A stretch of DNA of 64,000 bases. Origin: Histomonas meleagridis 2922-C6/04-290x. Lineage: Eukaryota > Protista > Parabasalia. The stretch covers positions 62,001 through 126,000 of the forward strand of contig JAANOX010000002.1 in NCBI GenBank assembly GCA_020184695.1, given 5' to 3'. Under the pieces are notes generated by a model. The model saw only the letters and a program-made list of their open reading frames with translations. It was not told the DNA's origin and did no database searches. This document shows positions 21,754-32,531 of the stretch, piece by piece (position 1 is the stretch's first letter; every line of letters starts with the position of its first letter). The translations under genes were made by a program, and so were the position numbers.

Positions 21754-23484
21754 TTATGCGCTTGACGACGATTTGCTCTTCTTCTTTCCTATTACTCCTT
21801 TCTTATATAGGACGACTAATACTATTATCACAGCAATGACTACGATCACAACAACAACAATTCCGACAATTACTCCAACGTTTGTATCTCCGCCATCCTC
21901 ATCATCCTCCTCTTTACCTATAACCAAATTCTCCTTATTTTTCACGTCATCCCAACTTCCATTTGGCGTTTCGTACGTTACATTAATGTCATCTTCATAT
22001 AATATGTGTACTTTAGGTAAACTCTTTGTTTCTACAACAATAGTAAAGTTATATTCATTTGTATGTATTTCTATTTCATCGAAATTGTCAATGATTATTT
22101 CGGCTTCATTCACTACAATTCTATCATCTTTAATATTAATTTGTTTAACAACAGAGTTTTGAATTGAAATCTTCTTTGCATATAAAAAGTTTTGCGTCGC
22201 TTTAAGTGATTGTGAATCAGTGATAACATTATTTACAGTTAGATTTTTTGGTTCATTTGTACCTGTAAATCGAATTCGATACATTTCAAGATCATATAAA
22301 TTTACTGCTGACGTTCCTCCAAATCCTAAATAAATGTTTCTAAGTTTTGTGTTCGTTTGATTATTACCAATTTCATTGACTCGTGTGTTTGAAATGTATA
22401 AAGGCGATTCATCTTCTGTTTGAATAATATGATTCTTTAAAAGAAATGTGGATGGTGATATCGTAGCTGTCCTAGAACTATATCGAGCTAAGTGGATTGT
22501 AATTTCATTGCCATCGACCATTTTATAATAACTATTCAAATTATGGTTTGATGTAATTTTGTTATATTCACGTGAACACCAAGTATCCTCATTGGCATAA
22601 TATGAAGAACATACGTAGTTTGGAAAACAGTCAATAGCTCGAAATTCATATTCAATATTATCATTAGATGAAGATGTTGATATTGAGACTCGACATCGAG
22701 TGCCAATATTAATCTTTGACATGTTCTCAATTTCTAGAACCATCTTGGTTGAACTTTTATATGCAACACTTGTATCAATAACTTCACCATTACATGTAAT
22801 TGTACCTGTCGAGCCTAAAATTCGTTCGCGTGTTACAAGGGATATACGTGGATATATGAGACGAAGTGGTACAGGGCCTGGTGGAGGATATGCAATATAA
22901 TCTTGAGTTTGAGAATAATTTGTTTTAACACCTATGACCATTTGGGTGACATATTTATCATATACACCAATTGCACTTTCAAGAAGAGAGGCTGTTAGAA
23001 TCCATGTACGATGTCCAACTTGGAGATTGTTTGAGCCATCATCTCTAATAAAAGAATCGATGGCATATTGAGGAGTAACACCGCCCGTGTGTATGTTTGA
23101 ACTTGAAAGTGCTGAGATTCCATCATCGAGACAACAAAGATTTTTCTTACATTTAATATTATGACCAAATTCTCCATTTAATGACATAGCCATGGAACCT
23201 CTTTGAGTTGCTAATTGTTTGGTATCACGTTCATATGTAAGTGATGGAAGACCGACAAAGTTTCTGTAAAAGTTTGTGCGACGTTCTGCGTCATCAACTG
23301 CTTCGCTGTTCATTGTACCAACATCACAAGAATTCGGATTATTTGGTGCGATCCAACTCCAACCAGATTGCGCGATGTATTGATTTTTCATCATAGAGCA
23401 TATTTCACTATCTGATCTGCTTTGTAGTTGTTGAAGTAAAGGAGGTGTAGTGGAGCTTACTAGGAAACAAAAGACACAAAACAT
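21754..23484 (-). CDS. Single-pass surface protein with an N-terminal CAP (SCP/PR-1) domain
   Basis: Signal-like N-terminus, RTNFYRNFVGLPSL ... GEFGH ... SSNI ... AIDSFIRDDG...VGHRTWIL (CAP motifs), C-terminal VGVIVGIVVVVIVVIAVIIVLVVL TM helix and basic tail. Confidence 0.8.
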   Translation of the reverse strand: MFCVFCFLVSSTTPPLLQQLQSRSDSEICSMMKNQYIAQSGWSWIAPNNPNSCDVGTMNSEAVDDAERRTNFYRNFVGLPSLTYERDTKQLATQRGSMAMSLNGEFGHNIKCKKNLCCLDDGISALSSSNIHTGGVTPQYAIDSFIRDDGSNNLQVGHRTWILTASLLESAIGVYDKYVTQMVIGVKTNYSQTQDYIAYPPPGPVPLRLIYPRISLVTRERILGSTGTITCNGEVIDTSVAYKSSTKMVLEIENMSKINIGTRCRVSISTSSSNDNIEYEFRAIDCFPNYVCSSYYANEDTWCSREYNKITSNHNLNSYYKMVDGNEITIHLARYSSRTATISPSTFLLKNHIIQTEDESPLYISNTRVNEIGNNQTNTKLRNIYLGFGGTSAVNLYDLEMYRIRFTGTNEPKNLTVNNVITDSQSLKATQNFLYAKKISIQNSVVKQINIKDDRIVVNEAEIIIDNFDEIEIHTNEYNFTIVVETKSLPKVHILYEDDINVTYETPNGSWDDVKNKENLVIGKEEDDEDGGDTNVGVIVGIVVVVIVVIAVIIVLVVLYKKGVIGKKKSKSSSSA

Positions 23485-24269
23485 TTTCTGCGGTTGAATT
23501 TCTGAGGTCTAACAAAATTCTATGAGTGACTGTGTGAATTTGAACTGCATTTTACGGTTTGTATTGGGTTGTAAAATTGTCCCTTTGACTATGAATTCAT
23601 ACAGTTGGGGCAAATCTTTGGAAGGAATCCTCTTAATATTGAATTCGTGGTGTACATGAAAACAGGAAAATGGAATTCGAGTTTTGAATCCAGTTGGAAT
23701 TAATTTTAGAATCTTGTCCTTTATAACGAATATTTTGTTTTGTTAAATAGAATATTTCACGAAAATTGTTTTTATATTAATTTAGCTTATAACCACATTA
23801 CTAGTGGAACTGTATTTAAGGATATTAAAAGATATCAAATAAATTCGTGCAAATTATTAAAAATCAATATCACATCTGTATTATTTGTAGTTGGCCAAAA
23901 AATGGTGACTACTTTTGATCGTTTTTAACAGAAACACCATTCAAAAAGTTGGATTTGGTCACCTTTTTTGAACATCAGTTGTTTATTGTACTACTCCTTT
24001 GGGAGCCAGTTATATATTTAATAAATCCCCTTTTACATAGATAATGTTATAACATGTGATAATCAATTATATTTTTTGGCTGCTCTTAATTCTAAAGGTA
24101 CCTTATCTTACATACTTTTATTAATTGATAACAATTCAATAGTAATTTTTGTAAATAATTGATACCCATGCTTGGTTTGTATATGAAGTTTAAACATATT
24201 TTCAAAAATAATATTAATAATTTTGTTCAATAATGTTTTTATTAATTATCATTTTTTTAATGATATTTG

Positions 24270-25138
24270 ATTAACTTAACAATTTTTTGATTACCTTTTG
24301 CTAAATCACGTGCTGTTTTAAAAAATTTCAATAATTTCCAAATATTATTTTGAAATATTATATCATTTAATTGAATTTTAAATAAACATTTAATCGAAGA
24401 AAAGAATGCTGCATAATCAATTAATGAAACATTTTTATCATTAACAAAGTCACATCTTTCACTTTAAAGTGATGGTTGAATTATTTGATCAAAATCAAAA
24501 TTATTTTGTGATGATATTTCTTGAAGTTTTTTATGTCATCATTTCGAATTATTTTTCCAATTTCATTTGGATTATGTCCTTCTTTAACATATTTTTTATG
24601 AAGTTCAAAATCATTATTTGAAATTTCTTTATAATTTTTTAAAAAATTAGAGCAAAATCGATCACTGGGGATATGTTTTTTGTTTTCAGTTGGAGTTTTG
24701 TAATGAGCAAAATATTTTGAAGGGATTTTTTTGGGTAATCTTTGCATCAATTAAATTTTGTCTAATCATTTGCTCAATTAGTTAAAGAGCTTCTTGAGAA
24801 TAATTTTTTATGATATAATTCCGAAATATTTCAATAATATTGTATTTAGAACTAATTTTTTCCTCTTCTTTCTTTTGAATTATTTCTAAAAATTTAAAAT
24901 ATGTAGTACACTTATTTCTTTGTGATAAAAATGCATAATAAATTAGATTACTTATAATTGGATTAAATGAATATGGTAAATTAAAATCAAATAATTTTAT
25001 TGTTTGGATAGCTGTCAAATTTATATTTTCTTCTGTTAGATTCATTATGATTTGTTCAAGCTCAGAGAATAATTCTAGTTCTATGTTTTGGGGATATATT
25101 TTTTCTTTTTTACTTGAATTTGTTTTGCGTTTTCGCAT
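24270..25138 (-). pseudogene. Internally deleted DUF3447-ankyrin pseudogene
   Basis: ORF pieces 24782-25138 and 24481-24750 parallel the protein at 50596-51880. After IDYAAFF the sequence jumps to a linker remnant and a terminal repeat TARDLAKGNQKIVKLIKYH*. Confidence 0.8.
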
Positions 25139-25379
25139 GTGATGTGCGGTTTGAGTCAGTGATATTTTAAATGTTTTTGTATGACATGTGATTTTAAATA
25201 TATCACAAACGATTAATTAATTATCTTATTATCTTTTAATATTTTATATCATTTTTTATGAAAGGGCTCATTACTATTTACCCCTGAAGTAGATTGAATG
25301 CTTTTTTCAGCTTGTTGAATTTTTTGATTCCAATTTAATTTCTTTGTGTTACATGGTTCAGCAATTAATTCACTTGAAG

Positions 25380-25745
25380 ATTTTAATAATTCATATTCTT
25401 TAGCAAATTATTTATCTATTACCCATATATTAATCATAAATAAAGTTGTTTCATTTTTATCTAACACAATATTTGTAACTAATATTAGTTACTATAACCA
25501 ATTCCAATCACACTTACAATTCCACCCAATATATTTATTACGAATACACAATATATCTATATACCACATATTATTCCGACTTTACTCTTTTTGTTATAAC
25601 ATATATTCAATCTACTGAACAAAACCAAGTTCTTACATCGAAAGTTTTAGTTGGCATCGTCTGTGGCTTTGCCGTGTTTTTTCTTATCATTATTGGACTT
25701 GTTATTTTCATAATTCGAAACAATAAAAGGAAAAAAAACTTTTAA
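25380..25745 (+). pseudogene. Remnant of a BspA-like stalk plus TM segment
   Basis: ...VLTSKVLVGIVCGFAVFFLIIIGLVIFIIRNNKRKKNF* resembles the TM and tail of the BspA at 748-2313. No LRR domain upstream. Confidence 0.6.
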
Positions 25746-26095
25746 ACACAGAAGAATATGGTTATATTGAAATCATTAAATACTTCTTGAACAAAAAGGA
25801 ATTGATACTAACGCTAAAAGTATTTATTTGTTTTATTTAAAATATCTTTTGATTATTGCAAATATCAAAATAATATTTGGAAATTATTAAAATTGTTCAA
25901 TACTGAACTTATTTATGCATCTACAAAAGGAAGCTTATAAATAACCAAGAGACTCCTTGAACAAGAAGGAATTGATAATAATGCTAAAAATATTATATTA
26001 TTTTTTTTTAAAGTATATTTAAATAATTTAAAATTAAAAATAAAATTTGGAAATCATTTAAAATATATTTAAAACAGTATATATACTTGCAAAAG
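25745..26095 (+). pseudogene. Interrupted ankyrin cassettes with 80-nt and 82-nt linkers
   Basis: LEQKGIDTNAKS, 80-nt linker (25822-25901), TELIYASTKGSL*ITKRLLEQEGIDNNAKN, then an 82-nt linker. Confidence 0.8.
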
Positions 26096-26410
26096 ATATA
26101 TATTTCAATGCAGCAAATGTTATGATTGATTTAATCAGAATATATCATCAATTTTGTTTTTCAATTCCGCATTTGTAGTTTCATTCAATATATCTATATT
26201 TTATTGGAAAAGAGGAAGATACATTTCATGTGATAAAAAAAAAATTAAATTAAAAAGATACAACTTGAATATTCTAAATAATATGTGCTATTTATTTCAA
26301 TGGAAACAGCTGTTTCTCATGATATTTTTTATATTTTAGAATAATTACAAAAATATAAATTGAACAGATGTTTTTTTCTTATAATTGTTTATTAAAATAT
26401 ATTTCTTGTA

Positions 26411-28585
26411 TTATTTTGAAGATCTTTTAAATGTTTTTATCTTATACATTTTATCTGATTTTGTCGTCAAAATTTTATTAATTAACAACTGTAATTTCGA
26501 AATTAACAAATATTTAATTTCGTCATCATCTTCATTAACATTTTCCTCATAAATTTTATTTATTTCATTCCAATCGTTCACAAAAGTTGGAACACCACCG
26601 CAAAAATCTTCATTTAATATTAACTTTTCCTCAATATTTTCAAACTCAATTACAAATTTTATGTCTTGATATTTATTTGGCTTTATCAAATCTAATGTTG
26701 TAATTAGTTCAGCTGATTTTAACTTGTCAGAAACGATAACAAAATTTGAATTAGTCAAAACGAATTCAAAAACTTCGAAGTAATTAACGTTCTCAGCCGC
26801 TTCATTGAAATTTGATGTGTCAGAAGGCGAAATTTCGAAATTTAAAATATCGAAATTCTCAATGAAATAAATCATTTGTTTGAATCCGAATATTTTTGAT
26901 ATTTGTTTAGGAAGTAAAAATATATTTGTTATCCATTGAGTTAATGACTTATTATCATTCCATACACTACTTAAACGGTTTAATATTTGTTGTAATTCTA
27001 ATATTATTTTGGATATATTTTCATTGTTTGTTAACGATTTAGGGAAAACAGGTGCTTGCTTGAGTTCCACAACGGATTTAAATTGCTTTTTAATTGTTGG
27101 TATAAATGTGGAAAAAAAGGGCTTTTGCCAAATCATTAAATCAAAAATTAAATCTATAAAAGTATTATAAAGAGATAAAACATTAGTAATGTTGTGAAAA
27201 ATATTACTAGCATCGAAAAAGAATAAAAATGTCTTCTTCCATTCATCATTTGATATTAAGTCAATGATTAATTCATTTAGAAATACTTTGAAAAAAGTGG
27301 ACTTACCAGACTGCCTTGGACCCGTTATGGCAATGTTAAAGCGATAAGATGAGCCGGATACGTTAATAAATCTATGGTCGATAATCATACATCGAGAAAG
27401 ACCAATCATTTCATCATTACCAAAAATTTCGTTATTGGTCTCGAGTTGAGAGTTTGAAAGTGATTTTTGAGCACTTTGATACCAATAAACATATTGTTGT
27501 TGCTCATGAGATGGATATTTTTGGAGATTATTTTCTGATGAAATATCAATATCTTTTGTATGAATTAAATCGTTCAAAATGTGTTGTAATGTATTACCTT
27601 CGTCAGATACGATGGAATCTTCTTCATTTGAATTGGTATCATTTTGATCAGTTTTTTCAATATTGTTGATAAAGCGCTTCCTGATCTCCTCGGCACTTGG
27701 TGATTCGCGTTCGTCATTTGATTGACTTTGAACTATTTGGTCAGATAAATTTTTATTGATTTGAATTTCCTTATTGCTGTCATTTTCAGACGAGCTTGTA
27801 GCCATTTCTTCTGCTTCATTATCGTCGCTCGTTGTGAACTCATTTGAGTTATCATTTCCAAAAACATTTTTATCAATATTTGATCTCCTCTTGCTTTTCT
27901 TAGGTGGTGAATTTCGCCCATTCATTTCCTTTTCGTTATCACTGTCTTGACTGAAATCGCTTGAATCATTAAATTGATCTTTATTACTTTTCTGTTTATT
28001 GTAGGGTATAATTATTAACTTCTTTTTGCCTTGCTTGTTGTTTGATTTACTACTATTTGTTAATACTTTACCTTTACTAGTTGGTGTAGATTTTTTACTT
28101 TTGTTCGGAGTATGTTGTCCTTTCATAGAACTACATGAAACAAATTCTTCATTTTCACTTAAAGAAGATGTATAGCTATTGTCATCATCACTATTTACGT
28201 CAATAATTTTAGATGTTTTAACGTTTTGTTCAACTCCAAAAAGTTTTGTAAATGAACTTTCGGATTTAATGAGGTTGTTCCACTTATTTTCGAAATTATT
28301 TCCTTCTGTTTTAATTTTGATTTTCTCAACCTTTTTTCCTTGTGTTGAAGTATATACAATACATCCTGGGTATAATCCTTCTATACTTGCTATTTCTTCT
28401 CCCTTTTCATTATATAATGTCTTGATTTCTCTTGAATTGTTTCCCAAATTTGAATTTGCAATTGAAATTAAATCACGAATAGATTTAGGGAACCTTACCT
28501 TCTTTATTTGATTTTTCCTATTGTTTTTTGTTTGTAAATATATATAAGGGCTGCTGATTGTTCCAGCTCGTTTTTCAGCATTCAT
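26411..28585 (-). CDS. Protein with a doublecortin-like N-terminal domain, S/D/N-rich linker and P-loop NTPase-like C-terminal domain
   Basis: N-terminal KKVRFPKSIRDLISIA...IKTLYNEKGEEIASIEGLYPGCIVY is DCX-like. Walker A is AITGPRQSGKST. First ATG at 28585. Confidence 0.6.
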   Translation of the reverse strand: MNAEKRAGTISSPYIYLQTKNNRKNQIKKVRFPKSIRDLISIANSNLGNNSREIKTLYNEKGEEIASIEGLYPGCIVYTSTQGKKVEKIKIKTEGNNFENKWNNLIKSESSFTKLFGVEQNVKTSKIIDVNSDDDNSYTSSLSENEEFVSCSSMKGQHTPNKSKKSTPTSKGKVLTNSSKSNNKQGKKKLIIIPYNKQKSNKDQFNDSSDFSQDSDNEKEMNGRNSPPKKSKRRSNIDKNVFGNDNSNEFTTSDDNEAEEMATSSSENDSNKEIQINKNLSDQIVQSQSNDERESPSAEEIRKRFINNIEKTDQNDTNSNEEDSIVSDEGNTLQHILNDLIHTKDIDISSENNLQKYPSHEQQQYVYWYQSAQKSLSNSQLETNNEIFGNDEMIGLSRCMIIDHRFINVSGSSYRFNIAITGPRQSGKSTFFKVFLNELIIDLISNDEWKKTFLFFFDASNIFHNITNVLSLYNTFIDLIFDLMIWQKPFFSTFIPTIKKQFKSVVELKQAPVFPKSLTNNENISKIILELQQILNRLSSVWNDNKSLTQWITNIFLLPKQISKIFGFKQMIYFIENFDILNFEISPSDTSNFNEAAENVNYFEVFEFVLTNSNFVIVSDKLKSAELITTLDLIKPNKYQDIKFVIEFENIEEKLILNEDFCGGVPTFVNDWNEINKIYEENVNEDDDEIKYLLISKLQLLINKILTTKSDKMYKIKTFKRSSK

Positions 28586-29284
28586 GAATAATAAACGGGC
28601 GAATTTAAAATTAACGTACAATACAAAAAGTGTTCGATATTGAAGTATTAAAACCGTTATGTAAAAAATAATTTAACAAATAATATTCAATCTTTAATTA
28701 GAAATGATCAAGTAACCAACTTTGGAGCGTTTTCCAATGTAATCCTATTAGATTTTCGTAAATTATTGGAACTGCATGATCAGGATTTGAAATTTTTCTT
28801 TCCCCTTTTTCATTAAATTTGTTTCATCATCAAATGTAAATTTTCCTTGTTTTTCACACGGGTAAATTTCCATTGATGGACAAATACAGTACTAAGAATA
28901 TCCATTTGCTCATTTACAAGAGAAAGAAGTTTTGCAATAGCATTAGCTAATGCATGAAATTTCATATATTCAGGTTGGTAACATGAAGAATCCATATTTC
29001 TTACTACTAAATAATCATTGAAAGTGTTGATGCTGACTGGTCCAAATTTCGACGAATTGAAACGAACATTTGAGAGAGTGCTAAATTAGTAATGTACTTG
29101 GAGCTAAACACTTTTCAGATGGGGTCTTGTTACATTGCAATAGAACTAATTGCAACTTTTTGACGGCTATTGTTCATTTCATAACCAAAACATCAGAGGA
29201 TTATAAAATGAAAGAACGGAATATTTTCAAAAATTAAAATGTTTAATGCGTTGGAAAGAAAAAATTATAAGTTTATGTATGAAA

Positions 29285-29889
29285 TCAAAATATTTTACAT
29301 ATTTCCTTTTTTTGCATCTTTTTATGATTTGACTCATTATTGCCTTCTTTATCCTCGTTAATCATTCTTATGAGCGCTGTAAATGATTCTTTGATATTGA
29401 TGTTATTTTTTGCAGACGTCTCAAAAAATGGGATGTCATATTTATAAGCAAGCTGTTTCCCCTCGAATTGATTCACTTTGCGCGATTTTTCAAGGTCGCA
29501 TTTATTTCCACAAATAACAATTGGAACTTTACTTTTTTGTTTTTTTTTTTTTTTTTGATAATTCGATGAATAAAAGAATCTACTAAATCAAATGACGAGA
29601 AATCATCAATTGCATATACGATTACAAAGCCATCCTCTTTTTTGATATAATTGTCAAAAAACGGATCTAAATCATCATCACCTGCAGTATCAAGAATATC
29701 AAGACGAACATTTTGATCACCAATTGCAAGTGTACATTTATAAATATCTTGAATTGTTGGATCATAATCACTCCAAAAGAAACCATTGGCAAGTTGCATT
29801 GTTATTGCAGATTTACCAGAACCACCCATCCCCCATACCATAACAGGGTAGCTAGTATCTGAAGTGTCAAATTCATATTGTGATATCAT
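29285..29889 (-). CDS. Ras-family small GTPase with a frameshift in an A17 run (29540-29556)
   Basis: G1 GMGGSGKS, G2 YDPTIQD, G3 DTAGD. After a frame change come VPIVICGNKCD, FETSAK and the CaaX end CKIF. Confidence 0.85.
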
Positions 29890-30309
29890 TCGAACATAAT
29901 GAAGTGAAGGTGTAACAAAATGCGAACTTAGATAGTTATATTTCACTTAACATTTCGTTAGTCACTTTTTTGAACGGAAACATGTTTATCAAAAAGTGAC
30001 ATTTTTAATCTATTCTGATATTTATGAAATAAAAAGGCAAATCCTATTGAAGAAGAATTAAACCATTATTAAAATGTTAATGACTTTAAAGGCTTTTCCT
30101 GTAAATTACTCTTTTTTAAATGAAATAATTTGCATGTATTGAAATATATAATTTCAAGACTTAAAAGTTTTATTGGAAATTATGCAAATGATTATAAGTC
30201 ACAAATAATATTGAATTAATTTCCAAATTCATTGACTTAAAAATGAAGCTTTATATAGAATTCATGTTGAACATCGACAAATACATTTAAATTTTATTAA
30301 AATATATTT

Positions 30310-31374
30310 TTAAGTGTTTTGATAATATATGTTTGGTATTGCTTGATTATCCTTTTCATTTGCCTCTGCACGAAGGCTATTATCATTTGCCGCATTTTTT
30401 ATGCAATTTATTTGAACAAATTCTGCATGCACAAGATATACCAAATCCAATATCGCATGATAGCCACAGAACATAAACAAGAAATACGCATATTTTATCC
30501 ATTTCTGATTAAGGATTCTAAATATTACATCATTCCGTTGTATCAAAACCATTGGCTCAGTGTATGAAAGGACTTTAGTTTTGATGATATAATCTTTCGA
30601 ACTTGTCGTTGGATAACGTTCGTGAAATTCAATGTCAATTCCGCAATCAATTTGATGCTTAATTGTAAAATACGCGAAAATTGACGTGTTCGTTGGAAGA
30701 GCAATGCTTGGGCCTTCTTCTTGCCATGATGTATATTGGATATCGCAAACTTTATTTCGGTATTTATCTGAATCGAGCATAGTATACGTGGGATTGGGAA
30801 CTTGATATGCCGAAAAAATTGGAGGAGAAGTACGGGCATTTGTAACATAATATTGAAACTCTTCGAAAGTTACAATTTTTGGATGAAATGTTAGGAATGT
30901 CATTAAATCACTTGGTTGATCGATATTTGACCGATCAGATTTAGTAGAGATTGCGGTAAGAAAAAGACAAAAAGCTAGGCAAATCGCAAAGGCAATAAAT
31001 ATTTCATAAATTTCATCTAATGTCAAATAACAAATGAAACTAGTAACAAAATAGGAAAACGCCATAGACTGTACGACAGAAAGAAGAACTGGGTAAAAAA
31101 GTTCTGGATTTTTTTTTATGATTGATTTCCTATGATAGTAAAAATAAAACCAACTTAATATATTTGGAATCATAGAAATGCCCATAATAATACAAGCCAT
31201 CCCGAATTTTGAATTGTAACAACTTGGCGCGAATTGTGATGAATAACATTTTGAATAATTTGATATTATTGATCCATTTCCAAATTTTTCGATTTGAAAA
31301 AGACAAAGACCTCCACACGTAACATTGCCACATAGAACTTTATTATCCCCGTTGTTGAGAGGAGGGGAATTCAT
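30310..31374 (-). CDS. Multi-pass membrane protein, possibly TMEM151-like
   Basis: Three N-terminal hydrophobic segments, a soluble region with YTSWQE, and a C-terminal hydrophobic segment. The family call is tentative. Confidence 0.5.
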   Translation of the reverse strand: MNSPPLNNGDNKVLCGNVTCGGLCLFQIEKFGNGSIISNYSKCYSSQFAPSCYNSKFGMACIIMGISMIPNILSWFYFYYHRKSIIKKNPELFYPVLLSVVQSMAFSYFVTSFICYLTLDEIYEIFIAFAICLAFCLFLTAISTKSDRSNIDQPSDLMTFLTFHPKIVTFEEFQYYVTNARTSPPIFSAYQVPNPTYTMLDSDKYRNKVCDIQYTSWQEEGPSIALPTNTSIFAYFTIKHQIDCGIDIEFHERYPTTSSKDYIIKTKVLSYTEPMVLIQRNDVIFRILNQKWIKYAYFLFMFCGYHAILDLVYLVHAEFVQINCIKNAANDNSLRAEANEKDNQAIPNIYYQNT

Positions 31375-31414
31375 TTTGTTGTGCGATTTTTAACGTATTC
31401 TAAAATTTCTTGAA

Positions 31415-32161
31415 ATGAAAAAAATTCCACGTGCTGATTTCCATAGGAAAAATGGGCTATCATGGCCTTGGCAACCACTACAAGTTTTTGCGTGGATATT
31501 AACTGCTTTGATATGTTGTGCTTTTTTCGGATTTCAATTTCCAATATTATCACGATCAATCTCAATTTTTTGGAGTTGTATTTTTTCATTTTGCTATGTA
31601 GCTGGCATATTTCTTTTTGTTATTGCTACACTTTCAGAAAATCCACTTCCACCAATTATATCACAAGACCAATCAAATTTCTGTAAATATTGTAATGAAA
31701 GAGTTATATCTACAGCAAAACACTGTAGAGAATGTAACAAATGCCGTGATGGTTTTGATCATCATTGCAAATATATAAATAATTGTGTTACCAAATCCAA
31801 CTATAAGAGCTTTTTTTATGGCTGCCTTTTCCTTGAATCATCCGATATCGTTGCTGTTTCACATTTATTTTTTTCATTACATGAATTTTTAAAGAACAAA
31901 TCAGATGTTTTAAATCGACTTTCTATTTTTTATAAACTTAACACAACAGAAATCACATTTTGGGTATTGTTTGGTATCTCATTAGTAATCTACTTAGGAT
32001 TTTTAATCCCTGTAATGGTATTGATTGGTTATCATGCGTACTTCCAGAAGAGGTCAATAACAACTTATGATTACATTTTGAAAAATTTCTCAAAAGCGCC
32101 GCAAAATATTCAAAGCTTTTGCTGTACTGGATGTCGAAATGTTAGGGTTTCATCGTTTTAA
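31415..32161 (+). CDS. DHHC palmitoyl acyltransferase (ZDHHC1/11-like)
   Basis: RKNGLSWPWQPLQ N-terminus, CKYC...AKHCRECNKCRDGFDHHCKYINNCV, and TTYDYI. Confidence 0.92.
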   Translation: MKKIPRADFHRKNGLSWPWQPLQVFAWILTALICCAFFGFQFPILSRSISIFWSCIFSFCYVAGIFLFVIATLSENPLPPIISQDQSNFCKYCNERVISTAKHCRECNKCRDGFDHHCKYINNCVTKSNYKSFFYGCLFLESSDIVAVSHLFFSLHEFLKNKSDVLNRLSIFYKLNTTEITFWVLFGISLVIYLGFLIPVMVLIGYHAYFQKRSITTYDYILKNFSKAPQNIQSFCCTGCRNVRVSSF

Positions 32162-32531
32162 TTTAATATGTTTGTATAAAATTTTCATTACTTTTTTGGC
32201 TTAAAAAAATCAAATTTTTTTTTATGAAGAAAGTGTGTAAACTTTTTATTAAAGAAGAAGGAAGGGGATAATACAACCTTGGCGAAAAAGTACTTAGTGA
32301 AGTATTGAAACGAACTCTCTTCAAAGATAGAAAATCTCGTATAGAATGAGAGAAGTGGTATTCAGATACTTCTAAATTCGTACAAAGTATCTATATTGAA
32401 GTTATATTCATCGAGTTTACTAAATTAAAAATAAATCAAATTCATTCATTGTTTAAAAGGAATTACATGATTAGGCATTTTGGAATAGGGTGGCCCAACG
32501 AGTAAAGTACAGAAATAAGAATTTCATAATT

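Noticed and set aside
28813-29280. Short ORF 28813-28995 and the moderately complex sequence next to it
   Set aside because: It is 60 aa with no recognisable motif. It may be a gene remnant but I cannot support a call.
7974-29889. FNTA and the CaaX-bearing Ras as a functional cluster
   Set aside because: They are 20 kb apart with unrelated genes between, which is coincidental in a gene-dense genome.
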